Part shown: positions 36,983-46,452 of the stretch, in pieces
Layout: every line of letters begins with the position of its first letter
Numbering within the stretch: the stretch's first letter is position 1
Source of the DNA: Thermoanaerobaculia bacterium
GTDB lineage: Bacteria; Acidobacteriota; Thermoanaerobaculia; UBA5066
NCBI GenBank assembly: GCA_963719225.1
Contig: CAVRAY010000001.1
Location: forward strand, 1,408,001 to 1,472,000
Reading direction: 5' to 3'
Length of the DNA: 64,000 nucleotides
The notes under the pieces: model-generated
Told to the model about the DNA's origin: nothing
Database searches by the model: none
The model's input: the letters and a program-made list of their open reading frames with translations, nothing else
Made by a program: the position numbers and the translations under genes

Positions 36983-38543
36983 GGGCCTTCTTGAGCTGAA
37001 CGTCGCTCTCCATGCTCACGCGGTAACCGGCCTCGCGCCCGTAGACGGCCGTCAGGAGCTCCTCGCGGATTGCGCGGTCGAGGAGGGTCGGGTCCTTTTC
37101 CTCCGCGTACATCGCCCGCACGCTCTTGTCGAAGGGGAGGCTCGGCTTGGCGTCGACGAAGTTGAAGAACTCCTCGCGCACGGCGGGCGTCATCTGGAAA
37201 TCGCGCGGGACCGTGGCGTGCTTCGCGCGGTACGCGACCGCGAACTCGAAGAACAGGCCGCGCGCGTAGAGCGTCGCCGCGAAACGCGAGAGCGTCGGCG
37301 TCTTCACGAAGACGTCGGGGGTGATGCCGCCGCCGCCGTAGACGAGCCGCCCGGAATCGGTCCGGAAGGACTCCTTCTTCTGTGTGGAAGGCGCTTCGCG
37401 CGCGGGTCCGGTCTCCTCGCCCTCGCCTTCCTCGTCCTCGGGCGAGAGGTACTCGAGAACGTCCTTGTAGTCCCTCTGGATGCAGCGGCCCGAGGGCGTG
37501 TAGTACTTCGCCGACGTGAGCGCGAGCCCGGCGCCGTCCGAGAGGTTGTAGACGGACTGCACGAGACCCTTCCCCCAGCTCGTCTGGCCCGCGATGAGGG
37601 CGCGGTCGTGGTCCTGAAGCGCGCCGGCCACGATCTCGGAAGCCGAAGCGGAGCCCTTGTTGACGAGGACGACGACGGGGATACGTGAATGGGTGTTCTT
37701 GCCGGGAGCCGAGAAGCTCTGCTCCTGGGCGCCGTTCCGGCCGCGCGTCACGACGACCTTCTCGCTCTTCGCGAGGAAGAAGTCCGATATGGCGATCGCC
37801 TGGTCGAGGAGGCCGCCGGGATTCCCGCGCAGGTCGAAGACGAGCTTCCTCATGCCTTGCTTCTCGAGCTTCTCCCAGTGGTCCTGCAGCTCGGGCGCGG
37901 ATGTGTGCGTGAAATCCTTCAGGCGGATGTAGCCCACGCCCGGCTCCAGCATGAAGGCGTACGAGACGGAGTTCGTGGGGATCTCCGCGCGCGTCACGGT
38001 CATCTGGAGAGGCTCGTCGAGGCCGGGCCTCAGGATCGTGATGTTCACCTTCGTGCCCTTCGGGCCCTTGAGCTTCTTCACGACGGCGTCGACCGGGAGG
38101 TCGTCGATGCTCTGTCCCTCGACGCGGTCGATGACGTCGCCCGTCCGGATGCCGAGGCGTTCGGCGGGAGAGCCCTCGACGGGCGTGATGACGGTGACCT
38201 TGCCGTTCCTCTTGCTGATGATGATGCCCAGCCCGTAGAACGAGCCGCGCTGCTTCTCGACCATCGAGGAGTACTCCTCGGGCTCGAGGAAGTTCGTGTG
38301 CGGATCGAGCGTGCCGAGCATGCCGTGAATCGACGCGTAGACGAGCTTGTTCGCCGGCACGTCGTCGGCGTACCAGGCCCGAGCCGTCGCGAGGATGTCG
38401 GAGTACTCCTTGAAGCCCGGATTCGTCGCGTCGGAGACGGCTCCCAGCCGCCGACCCGCGACTCCGCCGGCCACGGTGACGGTGACGAGGAATGCGGCGG
38501 CGACGAGGAGACGGCGGGCTGAGCGTCGGGTCGGATCGGTCAC
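36888..38543 (-). CDS. ctpA: S41 carboxy-terminal processing peptidase
   Basis: LDPHT, PDZ domain, DLRGNPGGLL, SASASEIVAGALQDHDRA and GKGLVQ motifs. Confidence 0.93.
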   Translation of the reverse strand: MTDPTRRSARRLLVAAAFLVTVTVAGGVAGRRLGAVSDATNPGFKEYSDILATARAWYADDVPANKLVYASIHGMLGTLDPHTNFLEPEEYSSMVEKQRGSFYGLGIIISKRNGKVTVITPVEGSPAERLGIRTGDVIDRVEGQSIDDLPVDAVVKKLKGPKGTKVNITILRPGLDEPLQMTVTRAEIPTNSVSYAFMLEPGVGYIRLKDFTHTSAPELQDHWEKLEKQGMRKLVFDLRGNPGGLLDQAIAISDFFLAKSEKVVVTRGRNGAQEQSFSAPGKNTHSRIPVVVLVNKGSASASEIVAGALQDHDRALIAGQTSWGKGLVQSVYNLSDGAGLALTSAKYYTPSGRCIQRDYKDVLEYLSPEDEEGEGEETGPAREAPSTQKKESFRTDSGRLVYGGGGITPDVFVKTPTLSRFAATLYARGLFFEFAVAYRAKHATVPRDFQMTPAVREEFFNFVDAKPSLPFDKSVRAMYAEEKDPTLLDRAIREELLTAVYGREAGYRVSMESDVQLKKALTLFPDAEKLAMAHQQMQLAKKSELKGPVKP

Positions 38544-38648
38544 GGTGGAAGCCCTCCCAGGCCGCAGCAAGCGTAGCACGCGCGGGAAGGGCTCCTTGAC
38601 TTCACCAGGGTGTCGTCGGAGCATCGTTGACGCGCAGGAGGCGCCTCG

Positions 38649-39011
38649 ATGGGCAATCTCGGCATGCCGGAACTGATGATGATCATGCTTCTGGCGCTGC
38701 TTCTTTTCGGCCCGAAAAAGCTGCCCGAGATCGGGAAGCAGGTCGGAAAGGCCCTCGGGGAGTTCAAGCGGGCGTCGAACGATCTCAAGCGCTCGATCCA
38801 GGACGAGATGGACAAGGCGCAGGCCGGCCTCGACTCGATCAAGGGCGACCTGAAGCCCGACCTGGGCCTCGACCTGAAGTCCGAGCCGACGCCCGAGCCG
38901 AAGCCCGAACCGAAGATGGAGGCGCCCGCGCTCGTGCCCGCCGCAGGCGCCGTGGCCCAGCAGAAACCTGCCGAGCCGGGGGCTCCCTCGACGCCTACGA
39001 CTCCGTCGTGA
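38649..39011 (+). CDS. Twin-arginine translocase TatA/TatB subunit
   Basis: GMPELMMIMLLALLLFGPKKLPEIGKQVGKALGEFK. Confidence 0.9.
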   Translation: MGNLGMPELMMIMLLALLLFGPKKLPEIGKQVGKALGEFKRASNDLKRSIQDEMDKAQAGLDSIKGDLKPDLGLDLKSEPTPEPKPEPKMEAPALVPAAGAVAQQKPAEPGAPSTPTTPS

Positions 39012-39775
39012 CCGAAGAAAACCCGAGAAAAGAAGACGGGGAGGAAGAGCTCCCGCGGATGTCGTTCCTCGAGCATCTCGAGGACCTCCGCAAGCGGCTC
39101 TTCGCCTCGGCGCTCGCGATCGCGGGCGGGTTCCTCCTCTGCTGGTGGAAGGCGAAGGAAATCTTCCAGTGGCTCGAGAAGCCGGTCCTCGCGGCGCTGC
39201 CGCCCGGGACGAAGCTCGCCTACACGCAGCTCACCGAACCCTTCATGCTCTACATCAACATCGCGCTCCTCGCGGGCATCTTCGTCGCGAGCCCGGTGAT
39301 CCTGTACCAGGTCTGGCTCTTCATCGCGCCGGGTCTTTACCGCCACGAGCGCAGGTGGGTGTGGCCGTTCGTGTTCCTGTCCGTGATCTTCTTCGTGGGC
39401 GGCGGCTATTTCGGCTACGCGGTGGGCTTCCCGATGGTCGCGAAGTTCCTCGTCGCCACGGGCGAGGACTTCATGCCCGTTCTCAGGATCGAGGACTACC
39501 TCGACATCACGTCGAAGCTCCTCCTCGGCATGGGGCTCGTTTTCGAGACGCCGATCCTCATCTTCTTCCTCGCGCGCATGGGAGTCGTGACGGAGAAGTG
39601 GCTTCTCGCGAAGTTCCGCTATGCCGTCCTCGTCATCTTCATCATCTCCGCTCTCATCACGCCCACGCCCGACATTCCGACGCAGTGCGCCTTCGCCCTG
39701 CCGATGTGCGCGCTCTACCTCCTGGGCGTGCTGATGGCGTGGATGTTCAAGAAGCGCGAAAAGCCGGCCGCGTGA
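39008..39775 (+). CDS. tatC: Twin-arginine translocase TatC
   Basis: MSFLEHLEDLRKRL, YQVWLFIAPGLY, FETP and ITPTPD motifs. Confidence 0.95.
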   Translation: MTEENPRKEDGEEELPRMSFLEHLEDLRKRLFASALAIAGGFLLCWWKAKEIFQWLEKPVLAALPPGTKLAYTQLTEPFMLYINIALLAGIFVASPVILYQVWLFIAPGLYRHERRWVWPFVFLSVIFFVGGGYFGYAVGFPMVAKFLVATGEDFMPVLRIEDYLDITSKLLLGMGLVFETPILIFFLARMGVVTEKWLLAKFRYAVLVIFIISALITPTPDIPTQCAFALPMCALYLLGVLMAWMFKKREKPAA

Positions 39776-39788
39776 CCTTGGGGACGCG

Positions 39789-40079
39789 TCAGAGCCCGAA
39801 GAGGGCGAGCTCGTTGACGAGCGCGGCGACGCGGGGATGGGCGGTCAGCTCCTCCCAGAGCCAGCCGTGCTTCTCCTTCAGGTCGCCGAGGTGTCCGCGC
39901 ACCTTCTCGGCGTCCTTCTCGAGGGCGGCGTCGCGGAGGCTCTCGACGGTCGCGCGCGCCTCGGGAGAAACCCGGTCGCCCAGCTTCTGTCCCAGGTCGT
40001 CGAAGGCCGCGCGAACCCGCGCCTGGTGCTCGTCGGCGGATTCTTTCGTGGAGATGGGTTTCGTGCGGTCCTGGTCCAT
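39789..40079 (-). CDS. Small helical hypothetical protein (possibly DUF4404-like)
   Basis: 96 aa ending HPRVAALVNELALFGL. Confidence 0.6.
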   Translation of the reverse strand: MDQDRTKPISTKESADEHQARVRAAFDDLGQKLGDRVSPEARATVESLRDAALEKDAEKVRGHLGDLKEKHGWLWEELTAHPRVAALVNELALFGL

Positions 40080-40171
40080 TCGGGCCCCCGTTCGCGGAAC
40101 GGGAGAGAATGTAGCAGAGGAAGGCCCCCGTTGAAACGTTTGCCGGGCATCGGCGTTGCACGGAGCTGCGC

Positions 40172-41518
40172 ATGACCAATCCCTTGTCGACGTCTACCTC
40201 CCCCGCACCGCGTGTGGACCGGGACCTGCTCCAGCGTTGGCGCGACGGCCGCGCCTTCACCCGCGTCCTCTTCGATCGGCTCCTCCCGGAAGACGCGTGG
40301 TTCGAAAACCCGATTCCGGTCCGCCATCCATTCGTTTTCTACGAAGGCCACCTCGCCGCTTTCGCCGTGAACACGCTCGTCAAGGGAGCGCTCGGCCGAC
40401 CCGGCGTCGATGCGATGCTCGAGCGGCTCTTCGAGCGCGGGATCGATCCCAAGGACGAGGGCGAAGGGGCGACGTTCGCGTGGCCCACTCGGGCGCGCGT
40501 GGCCGACTACGTGCGCCGCGCGGAAGCGGCCATCGTGGACGCCATCGAGACGATCGTGCGTGACGCCGCGCGGAACCCTCAGCCCGAGCGGAACGAGGCC
40601 CTTCACGCGATCGTCGAGCACGAGCTCATGCATCAGGAGACTCTCCTCTACATGCTTCGCGAAGTGCCCACCGCATCCAAGCGCCGGCCGGCGGATCTCG
40701 AGGCGCTTCGGGTCGGGGGAGCGCCGCCGCCCGTGCGCCGCGTCGCGATCCCCTCGGGCCGGGCGACGCTCGGCCTGGACCGGGAACCGGAAACCTTCGC
40801 CTGGGACAACGAGTTCCCCCGGATCGTGAGCGAAGTCCCCGGTTTCGAGATCGACGTCTTCCCCGTCACGAACGCGGACTTCCTGGACTTCGTGAACGCG
40901 GGCGGATACCGCGAGGCCTCCTTCTGGAGCGAGAGCGACTTCACCTGGATCCACGGCGAAGGCATCACGCACCCGCACGCCTGGCTGAAGCGCGGGAACC
41001 GCTGGCGGTTGCGCGCGCAGTTCGAGGAGGTGCCGCTGCCTCAGGCCTGGCCCGTCTGGGTCTCGCGGGCGGAAGCCGAGGCGTACGCCCGCTTTCGCGG
41101 CCGCCGGCTGCCGACGGAGGCCGAGTGGCACCGGGCGGCATTCGGGCGACCCGACGGCCGCGAGAACGCGTTTCCCTGGGGCGAGGGAGGCCCGGACACG
41201 AGCCGCGGCAACTTCGGGGTGGTCCGCTTCGATCCGGTGCCCGTGGATTCCTTCCCTTCGGGAGCGAGCGCGTTCGGCGTGCAGGATCTCGTGGGGAACG
41301 GATGGGAGTGGACCGCGTCCGAGTTCCAGCCGTTCCCGGGATTCCGTCCGATGGTGTCGTACGCGCGATACTCGGTCGACTTCTTCGACGGCGAGCACGC
41401 GGTCCTGAAGGGGGCGTCTCCCGTGACGGCCGCGCCTCTCGTGAGGCGATCGTTCCGCAACTGGTTCCGGACACAGTACCCGTTCGTCTTCGCGAAGTTC
41501 CGCACGGCCATGGCGTGA
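40172..41518 (+). CDS. egtB: Non-heme iron sulfoxide synthase (DinB plus FGE-like domains), OvoA-like EgtB
   Basis: RHPFVFYEGH, EHELMHQETL, RLPTEAEW, GNGWEWT and RRSFRNWF; upstream of egtD. Confidence 0.8.
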   Translation: MTNPLSTSTSPAPRVDRDLLQRWRDGRAFTRVLFDRLLPEDAWFENPIPVRHPFVFYEGHLAAFAVNTLVKGALGRPGVDAMLERLFERGIDPKDEGEGATFAWPTRARVADYVRRAEAAIVDAIETIVRDAARNPQPERNEALHAIVEHELMHQETLLYMLREVPTASKRRPADLEALRVGGAPPPVRRVAIPSGRATLGLDREPETFAWDNEFPRIVSEVPGFEIDVFPVTNADFLDFVNAGGYREASFWSESDFTWIHGEGITHPHAWLKRGNRWRLRAQFEEVPLPQAWPVWVSRAEAEAYARFRGRRLPTEAEWHRAAFGRPDGRENAFPWGEGGPDTSRGNFGVVRFDPVPVDSFPSGASAFGVQDLVGNGWEWTASEFQPFPGFRPMVSYARYSVDFFDGEHAVLKGASPVTAAPLVRRSFRNWFRTQYPFVFAKFRTAMA

Positions 41519-42453
41519 CCTTCGCGTCCGACGTGCGCCGGGGTCTCGGAGCGAGGCCCTACCGGCTGCCGCCGCACTGGTTCTACGACGAGCTGGGGTC
41601 GCGTCTCTTCGACGCCATCTGCCTGCTGCCGTGGTACCGCATCACGCGCGCCGAGCGAAGGCTCCTTCCCCGTGCCGCGCGCACGGTCGCGCACGGCGGC
41701 CCGCGGCCGGCGTTCGTCGCCGAGCTGGGGCCGGGCAACGGCGAGAAGCTGGCGCTGTTCCTCGAAAACCTCGGGGGCGCTCCACGAGTCTTCCTCGTCG
41801 ACATCTCGTCGGAAGCCCTCGTCGCGTCCACGGCGCGCCTCGCGAAGGCGGGGTGCCGCCGTGTCGCGACGGTCCGTGGGACCTACGAATCTGGCCTCGC
41901 GCGGATCGAGCGCGAGCGTCCCGGGCGCGGGCCCGCGCTCGTCCTCTTTCTCGGGTCGAACGTCGGAAACTTCGAGCCGTCGCGTTCCGCGCGCTTTCTC
42001 CGGGACGTGAGGTCCGCGCTCCGGCCGGGGGACGGCCTGCTCCTGGGAGCCGATCTCGTCAAGCCGGAGCAGGACCTCCTCCTCGCCTACGACGACCCGC
42101 TCGGCGTGACGGCCGCGTTCGACCTCAACGTTCTCGCGCGCATGAACCGCGAGCTGGGGGCGGACATCGATCTTGCGTCCTTTTCGCATCGCGCGGTCTG
42201 GAACACCGAAGAAGGGCGCATCGAGATGTTCCTCGTGAGCCGGCGCCCGCAGACGGTTCGGATTCCGGGGGCGCGCCTCGAGGTGCCGTTCCGCAAGGGC
42301 GAGACGATCTTCACGGAAGCTTCCTACAAGTACGTGGCGCGGGATCTCCGCGCGCGCGTGGAGGCCGAGGGGTTCGTGGCGCGCCGCCAGTTCGAAGACA
42401 AGGCCGCCGGGTACGCGCTCATGCTTTTCGAGGCCGCCGGCCGGTCCCGGTAG
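41515..42453 (+). CDS. egtD: L-histidine N-alpha-trimethyltransferase
   Basis: LPPHWFYDELGSRLFDAIC.LPWY, ELGPGNGEK, FLGSNVGNF, AYDDPLGVTAAF and TEASYK motifs. Confidence 0.92.
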   Translation: MTFASDVRRGLGARPYRLPPHWFYDELGSRLFDAICLLPWYRITRAERRLLPRAARTVAHGGPRPAFVAELGPGNGEKLALFLENLGGAPRVFLVDISSEALVASTARLAKAGCRRVATVRGTYESGLARIERERPGRGPALVLFLGSNVGNFEPSRSARFLRDVRSALRPGDGLLLGADLVKPEQDLLLAYDDPLGVTAAFDLNVLARMNRELGADIDLASFSHRAVWNTEEGRIEMFLVSRRPQTVRIPGARLEVPFRKGETIFTEASYKYVARDLRARVEAEGFVARRQFEDKAAGYALMLFEAAGRSR

Positions 42454-42483
42454 CGCGCCCCTCTGAGGTTATGCTCCCGCATC

Positions 42484-43704
42484 GTGCGTGAGCGGCTGAC
42501 CCGCGTTTTCAAGGCGTTCACGTATCGGGACTTCAGCCTCTTGTGGGCGGGCGCCTTCACGTCGAGCTGCGGGACGTGGATGCAGTCGGTCGCGCAGGCC
42601 TGGCTCCTCCTCACGATCTCCGGGAAGCCGCAGTACCTCGCGTGGGCCGACACGCTGCAGCAGGCGCCGTTCCTCGCCTTCTCGCTCGTCGGCGGCGTCC
42701 TCGCGGACCGGATGGACCGGCGGCGGATCCTCCTCCTGTCGCAGGTCGTCCAGCTCTCGTCCGCGTTCCTCCTCGCGGGGCTCGCCTACACGAATCGCGT
42801 CGAGGTCTGGATCATCCTCGCGCTGTGTCTCGTCGTCGGCCTCGCGCAATCCTTCGGGGGCCCGGCGTACCAGGCCCTCGTCCCGACTCTCGTCGACAGG
42901 GAGGACGTCCCGAACGCCGTCGCCCTGAACTCGATCCAGTTCAATCTCGCGCGCGTCGTCGGTCCCGTCCTCGCGGGCGCCGCGTTCGCGACCCTCGGCG
43001 CCGCCGCCTGCTTCGGCCTGAACGGCCTCTCGTTCTTCGCGGTGATCGTGGCGCTCCTCTTTCTCAAGCGCGGCGCTCCGATGGGGACCGCGACAGGGAG
43101 CGTCCTCGAGAATCTGAAAGCGGGCCTGAAGACCTCGTACGACGACCGCGCGCTGCGCGGGCTCATCGGGCTCTCGTTCGTCGGCAGCCTCTGCGCGTTC
43201 CCTCTCCTGACGTTCCTGCCCGTCTTCGCGAAAAACGTCTTCCAGGGGGACGTGAAGGTCTTCGCGACGTTCCTGGCGGTCTTCGGATTCGGGGCCGTGG
43301 TCGGAGCGCTCGGCGCCGCCGGCTTCGGGCACGTGAAACGCCGCGGCGCCGTCGCGGTCGCCATGCAGATGACGTTCGGCGCGCTCATGATCGGGTTCGC
43401 GCTCTCGCGCACGAAATGGATCTCCTTCGCGCTCCTCTTCCTCGCGGGGGCCGCCCTCATGATCGTCTTCGCGATGTTCATGACGCTCGTCCAGACGAAC
43501 GTGGACGACGCGCTGCGCGGACGCGTCGTGAGCGTCTACTCGCTCGCGTTCCGCGGCGCGATGCCGCTCGGCAGCCTCGTCGCGGGCTTTCTCGTGACGC
43601 TCGTGCCCGTCCCCTGGGTCCTCGTCGGAAACGGGACGCTCCTGCTGCTGCTCGGAAGCACTGTCTTTCTCAGAAACCACCCGGAGGGAGTTCCGAAGCT
43701 TTAG
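42484..43704 (+). CDS. MFS transporter (MFS_3/DUF894-like)
   Basis: GTWMQSVAQAW, GVLADRMDRR and NLARVVGP motifs; about 12 TM segments. Confidence 0.9.
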   Translation: MRERLTRVFKAFTYRDFSLLWAGAFTSSCGTWMQSVAQAWLLLTISGKPQYLAWADTLQQAPFLAFSLVGGVLADRMDRRRILLLSQVVQLSSAFLLAGLAYTNRVEVWIILALCLVVGLAQSFGGPAYQALVPTLVDREDVPNAVALNSIQFNLARVVGPVLAGAAFATLGAAACFGLNGLSFFAVIVALLFLKRGAPMGTATGSVLENLKAGLKTSYDDRALRGLIGLSFVGSLCAFPLLTFLPVFAKNVFQGDVKVFATFLAVFGFGAVVGALGAAGFGHVKRRGAVAVAMQMTFGALMIGFALSRTKWISFALLFLAGAALMIVFAMFMTLVQTNVDDALRGRVVSVYSLAFRGAMPLGSLVAGFLVTLVPVPWVLVGNGTLLLLLGSTVFLRNHPEGVPKL

Positions 43705-43749
43705 CTCGGGCGAAACCCTTCCAGCGTTTCCCCCGGACCCCCTTCGGGG

Positions 43750-44481
43750 TCATGTGCCCGCCCACGTCCTCCAGTCGCTCGTCTCCATCTCGAGCGTGAC
43801 CGCGCGCTTGCCGCGGTTCATGTTGAGGAAGATCTTCTTCGGCACCCAGACGGCCGGCACGTCGGGCCTCACCTGCGGGAGCGCCTCGAACGTGGCCCTC
43901 AGGAACGCGATGTCCACGATGCGCGGGTCGACCGTCGTCTTGACCTCGATCTCGCTCGCGACCTTCGTCAGCGGGTCGAGGTAGAGGACGGCGTCGTCCT
44001 GGGGCCTGCCCAGGCCGCGCCCGTGCAGCCGCACCTTGCCCGCGCGGTCGGGGTCCGGCGGCATCAGCTCGGCCCTTTCGGCCCACGCCTCGACCCGCTC
44101 CGGGGAGAGGCGCGCGTAGAACTGCATGAGGGACTGGGCCTGCTCGAAGAGGGTGTCTTCTTCGGTATTCGTGGGAGGAGAGGCACGCCGCGCGCGCGGG
44201 TCGTGCTCCGGAAGCGGAGTCGGAGCCGGCGCCTTGTCGAACTTGACGATCTTCTTGACGAGATCGCCGTTCGGGCCCAGGTGGACGTTCTCGATCCGCG
44301 AGACGCGCAGGACGCCGTCGATCTTCATTTCGGTCTTGAGCCGCCACTGGTAGTTCGCGAGGCGCTCGCGCTCGCGCTTCAGGCCCTTGCCGACTTCCGG
44401 CTTGGACGGCGTGGGGGCTTGCGCGACGAGTGGGAAAGCGGTCAGAGTGACGGCGAGCCCGAGAAGAAGAGGACGTCTCAC
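43750..44481 (-). CDS. Secreted hypothetical protein
   Basis: Signal-like RRPLLLGLAVTLTAFPLVA; beta-rich; start uncertain. Confidence 0.6.
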   Translation of the reverse strand: MRRPLLLGLAVTLTAFPLVAQAPTPSKPEVGKGLKRERERLANYQWRLKTEMKIDGVLRVSRIENVHLGPNGDLVKKIVKFDKAPAPTPLPEHDPRARRASPPTNTEEDTLFEQAQSLMQFYARLSPERVEAWAERAELMPPDPDRAGKVRLHGRGLGRPQDDAVLYLDPLTKVASEIEVKTTVDPRIVDIAFLRATFEALPQVRPDVPAVWVPKKIFLNMNRGKRAVTLEMETSDWRTWAGT

Positions 44482-44521
44482 GGAGGGAATCGTGCCACAC
44501 ACGGACAGCCCGCACGGTGCG

Positions 44522-45640
44522 ATGAAATTCGAAACGCTCGCGGTGCACGCGGGGCGCCGTCCCGAGCCCGCCACGGGCGCGGTTTCACCGCCCCTGTACC
44601 TCTCCACGACGTTCGAACGCGACGTGGCGGGAACACCTCTCGGCAGCCACACGTACATCCGGGAGTCGAACCCCATGCAGACGCTCCTCGAGGATGCCGT
44701 CGCGCCTCTCGAGGGCGGCAGAGGCGCGCTCGCGTTCGCGTCGGGCATGGCGGCGGGCGTTTCGCTTCTGCAGACGCTTCCGGCCGGCGCGCACGTCCTG
44801 ATGCCGGACGACGCCTACTACGGCTGGCGCGTCGTCGCCCAGGAGTTCCTCCCGCAGTGGGGGCTCTCGGCGTCTTTCTGCCCGATGGACGACCTCGCCG
44901 CCGTGAAGGGTGCGCTGACGCCGGAAACCCGCCTCGTCTTCGTCGAGTCGCCTTCCAATCCGCTCCTGAGAATCTCGGACATCGCGGCGATCGCGGAGGC
45001 CGCGCGGGCCGCCGGGGCACGAACCGTCGTGGACAACACGTTCGCGACGCCTGCCCTCCAGCGGCCGCTCGACCTCGGAGCCGACGTGGCCCACCATTCC
45101 GTGACGAAGTACTTCGGCGGCCACAGCGACGTGCAGGGCGGCGTCCTCGTCTTCAAGCGCCGTGACGAGACTTTCGAGAAAGCCGCCCACGTCCGCCACA
45201 TCCTGGGCGCGGTCCTCGCGCCGTTCAACGCGTGGCTCGTCCTGCGCGGGCTGCGCTCGCTCGCAGTCCGGGTCGCCGCGCACAGCGCGAACGCGCTCGC
45301 GGTCGCGCGCTCTCTCGAGAAGCACCCGGCGGTGTCGCGCGTGAACTACCCGGGGCTGCCGTCGCACCCGGGGCATGCCGTCGCCGCGCGGCAGATGTCG
45401 GCCTTCGGCGGGATGCTGTCCTTCCACGTCAGAGGCGGCCGCGACGCGGCGATCGCCGCCGTGGGCCGGACGAAGCTCTTCGTGCGCGCGACCTCGCTCG
45501 GGGCCGTCGAAAGCCTGATCGAGCACCGCGCCACGAGCGAAGGCCCGACCTCGACCACGCCCCAGGACCTCATCCGGCTCTCGGTCGGCCTCGAGCACCC
45601 GGACGACCTGATCGCGGACCTCGATCAGGCGCTGTGCTAG
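44522..45640 (+). CDS. Cystathionine gamma-synthase/lyase family PLP enzyme
   Basis: FASGMAA, ESPSNP, VDNTFATP, HSVTKYFGGHSD and RLSVGLE motifs. Confidence 0.93.
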   Translation: MKFETLAVHAGRRPEPATGAVSPPLYLSTTFERDVAGTPLGSHTYIRESNPMQTLLEDAVAPLEGGRGALAFASGMAAGVSLLQTLPAGAHVLMPDDAYYGWRVVAQEFLPQWGLSASFCPMDDLAAVKGALTPETRLVFVESPSNPLLRISDIAAIAEAARAAGARTVVDNTFATPALQRPLDLGADVAHHSVTKYFGGHSDVQGGVLVFKRRDETFEKAAHVRHILGAVLAPFNAWLVLRGLRSLAVRVAAHSANALAVARSLEKHPAVSRVNYPGLPSHPGHAVAARQMSAFGGMLSFHVRGGRDAAIAAVGRTKLFVRATSLGAVESLIEHRATSEGPTSTTPQDLIRLSVGLEHPDDLIADLDQALC

Positions 45641-46176
45641 AAGCGCTCCGCCGAGAGGAGGTTTTTCAGAGGCTTCTGAAGGCGCCGAGGCAGCTCGAGA
45701 GAGCGTCCCTCGATCGTCTTGCGGAGTCGCGGCCCGTCGGGTCCCGAGAGGAGCAGGCGGGCGTCGATCAGATCGATGGGGCCGCCCGCGTCCAACTTCA
45801 GCAGGACGAGATCCGCCGCCGTCACCACCTGAAGCGACTCACCTGAAAGTTCGACGGGTTGGCGTCTCGCCAGTACACCGTCGAGCCAACGCTCGCGCCC
45901 CAGGACGAGGTCCACCGGTGGCTCCGGTTCGCGCCGGAAACGGACCACGCCGGCCAGGGGGTCCTCCGAATCGCCCCGGTTTACCGAAACGCTCACGCCG
46001 TCGGCTTCGAGCGGTTTCCACATCGCGGGGTCCAGGAGAACCAGATCAGTCGCGAGAAGATCGGCGTCCTTGGTCGCGCGGACAATTCCGTGGGCCGCGA
46101 GCGCGACGCCTCCAATGAGCGCGACAGGAACGGACCGGCCTTCGACGATTTCGAAGACTCTTCGAAGGAGACTCAT
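45637..46176 (-). CDS. Nucleotidyltransferase-fold protein (possible toxin)
   Basis: ALIGGVALAAHG..RATKDAD and LVLLKL.AG...DL.D motifs. Confidence 0.75.
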   Translation of the reverse strand: MSLLRRVFEIVEGRSVPVALIGGVALAAHGIVRATKDADLLATDLVLLDPAMWKPLEADGVSVSVNRGDSEDPLAGVVRFRREPEPPVDLVLGRERWLDGVLARRQPVELSGESLQVVTAADLVLLKLDAGGPIDLIDARLLLSGPDGPRLRKTIEGRSLELPRRLQKPLKNLLSAERF

Positions 46177-46403
46177 CCCCTGGGAAGGTCCATGACACGG
46201 GAGGGGCGGCGCCCGCGATGCGTCTGGCGGCGGACCAGGTCTTCGGCCTCGGCCCGGGTCGTGCCTCGCGGCAGGGTCCGGAGGTACATCTCGAAGAGGC
46301 TGGCGCCAAGGGCAAACGCAGTCCGAACACGCTCATCGGGCGTTCCCCGAAAGTGCTTTTCCACCTCTGCCTCGAGATCGCGCCGAAAAGTGGCCGTCGC
46401 CAT
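46173..46403 (-). CDS. Small hypothetical protein (possible antitoxin)
   Basis: 76 aa, ATGA-coupled to the nucleotidyltransferase gene. Confidence 0.55.
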   Translation of the reverse strand: MATATFRRDLEAEVEKHFRGTPDERVRTAFALGASLFEMYLRTLPRGTTRAEAEDLVRRQTHRGRRPSRVMDLPRG

Positions 46404-46452
46404 GGCGAGAATCTTACGCGTCCGCTTGCCGGATCGCGCCTCCCCGTGCACC

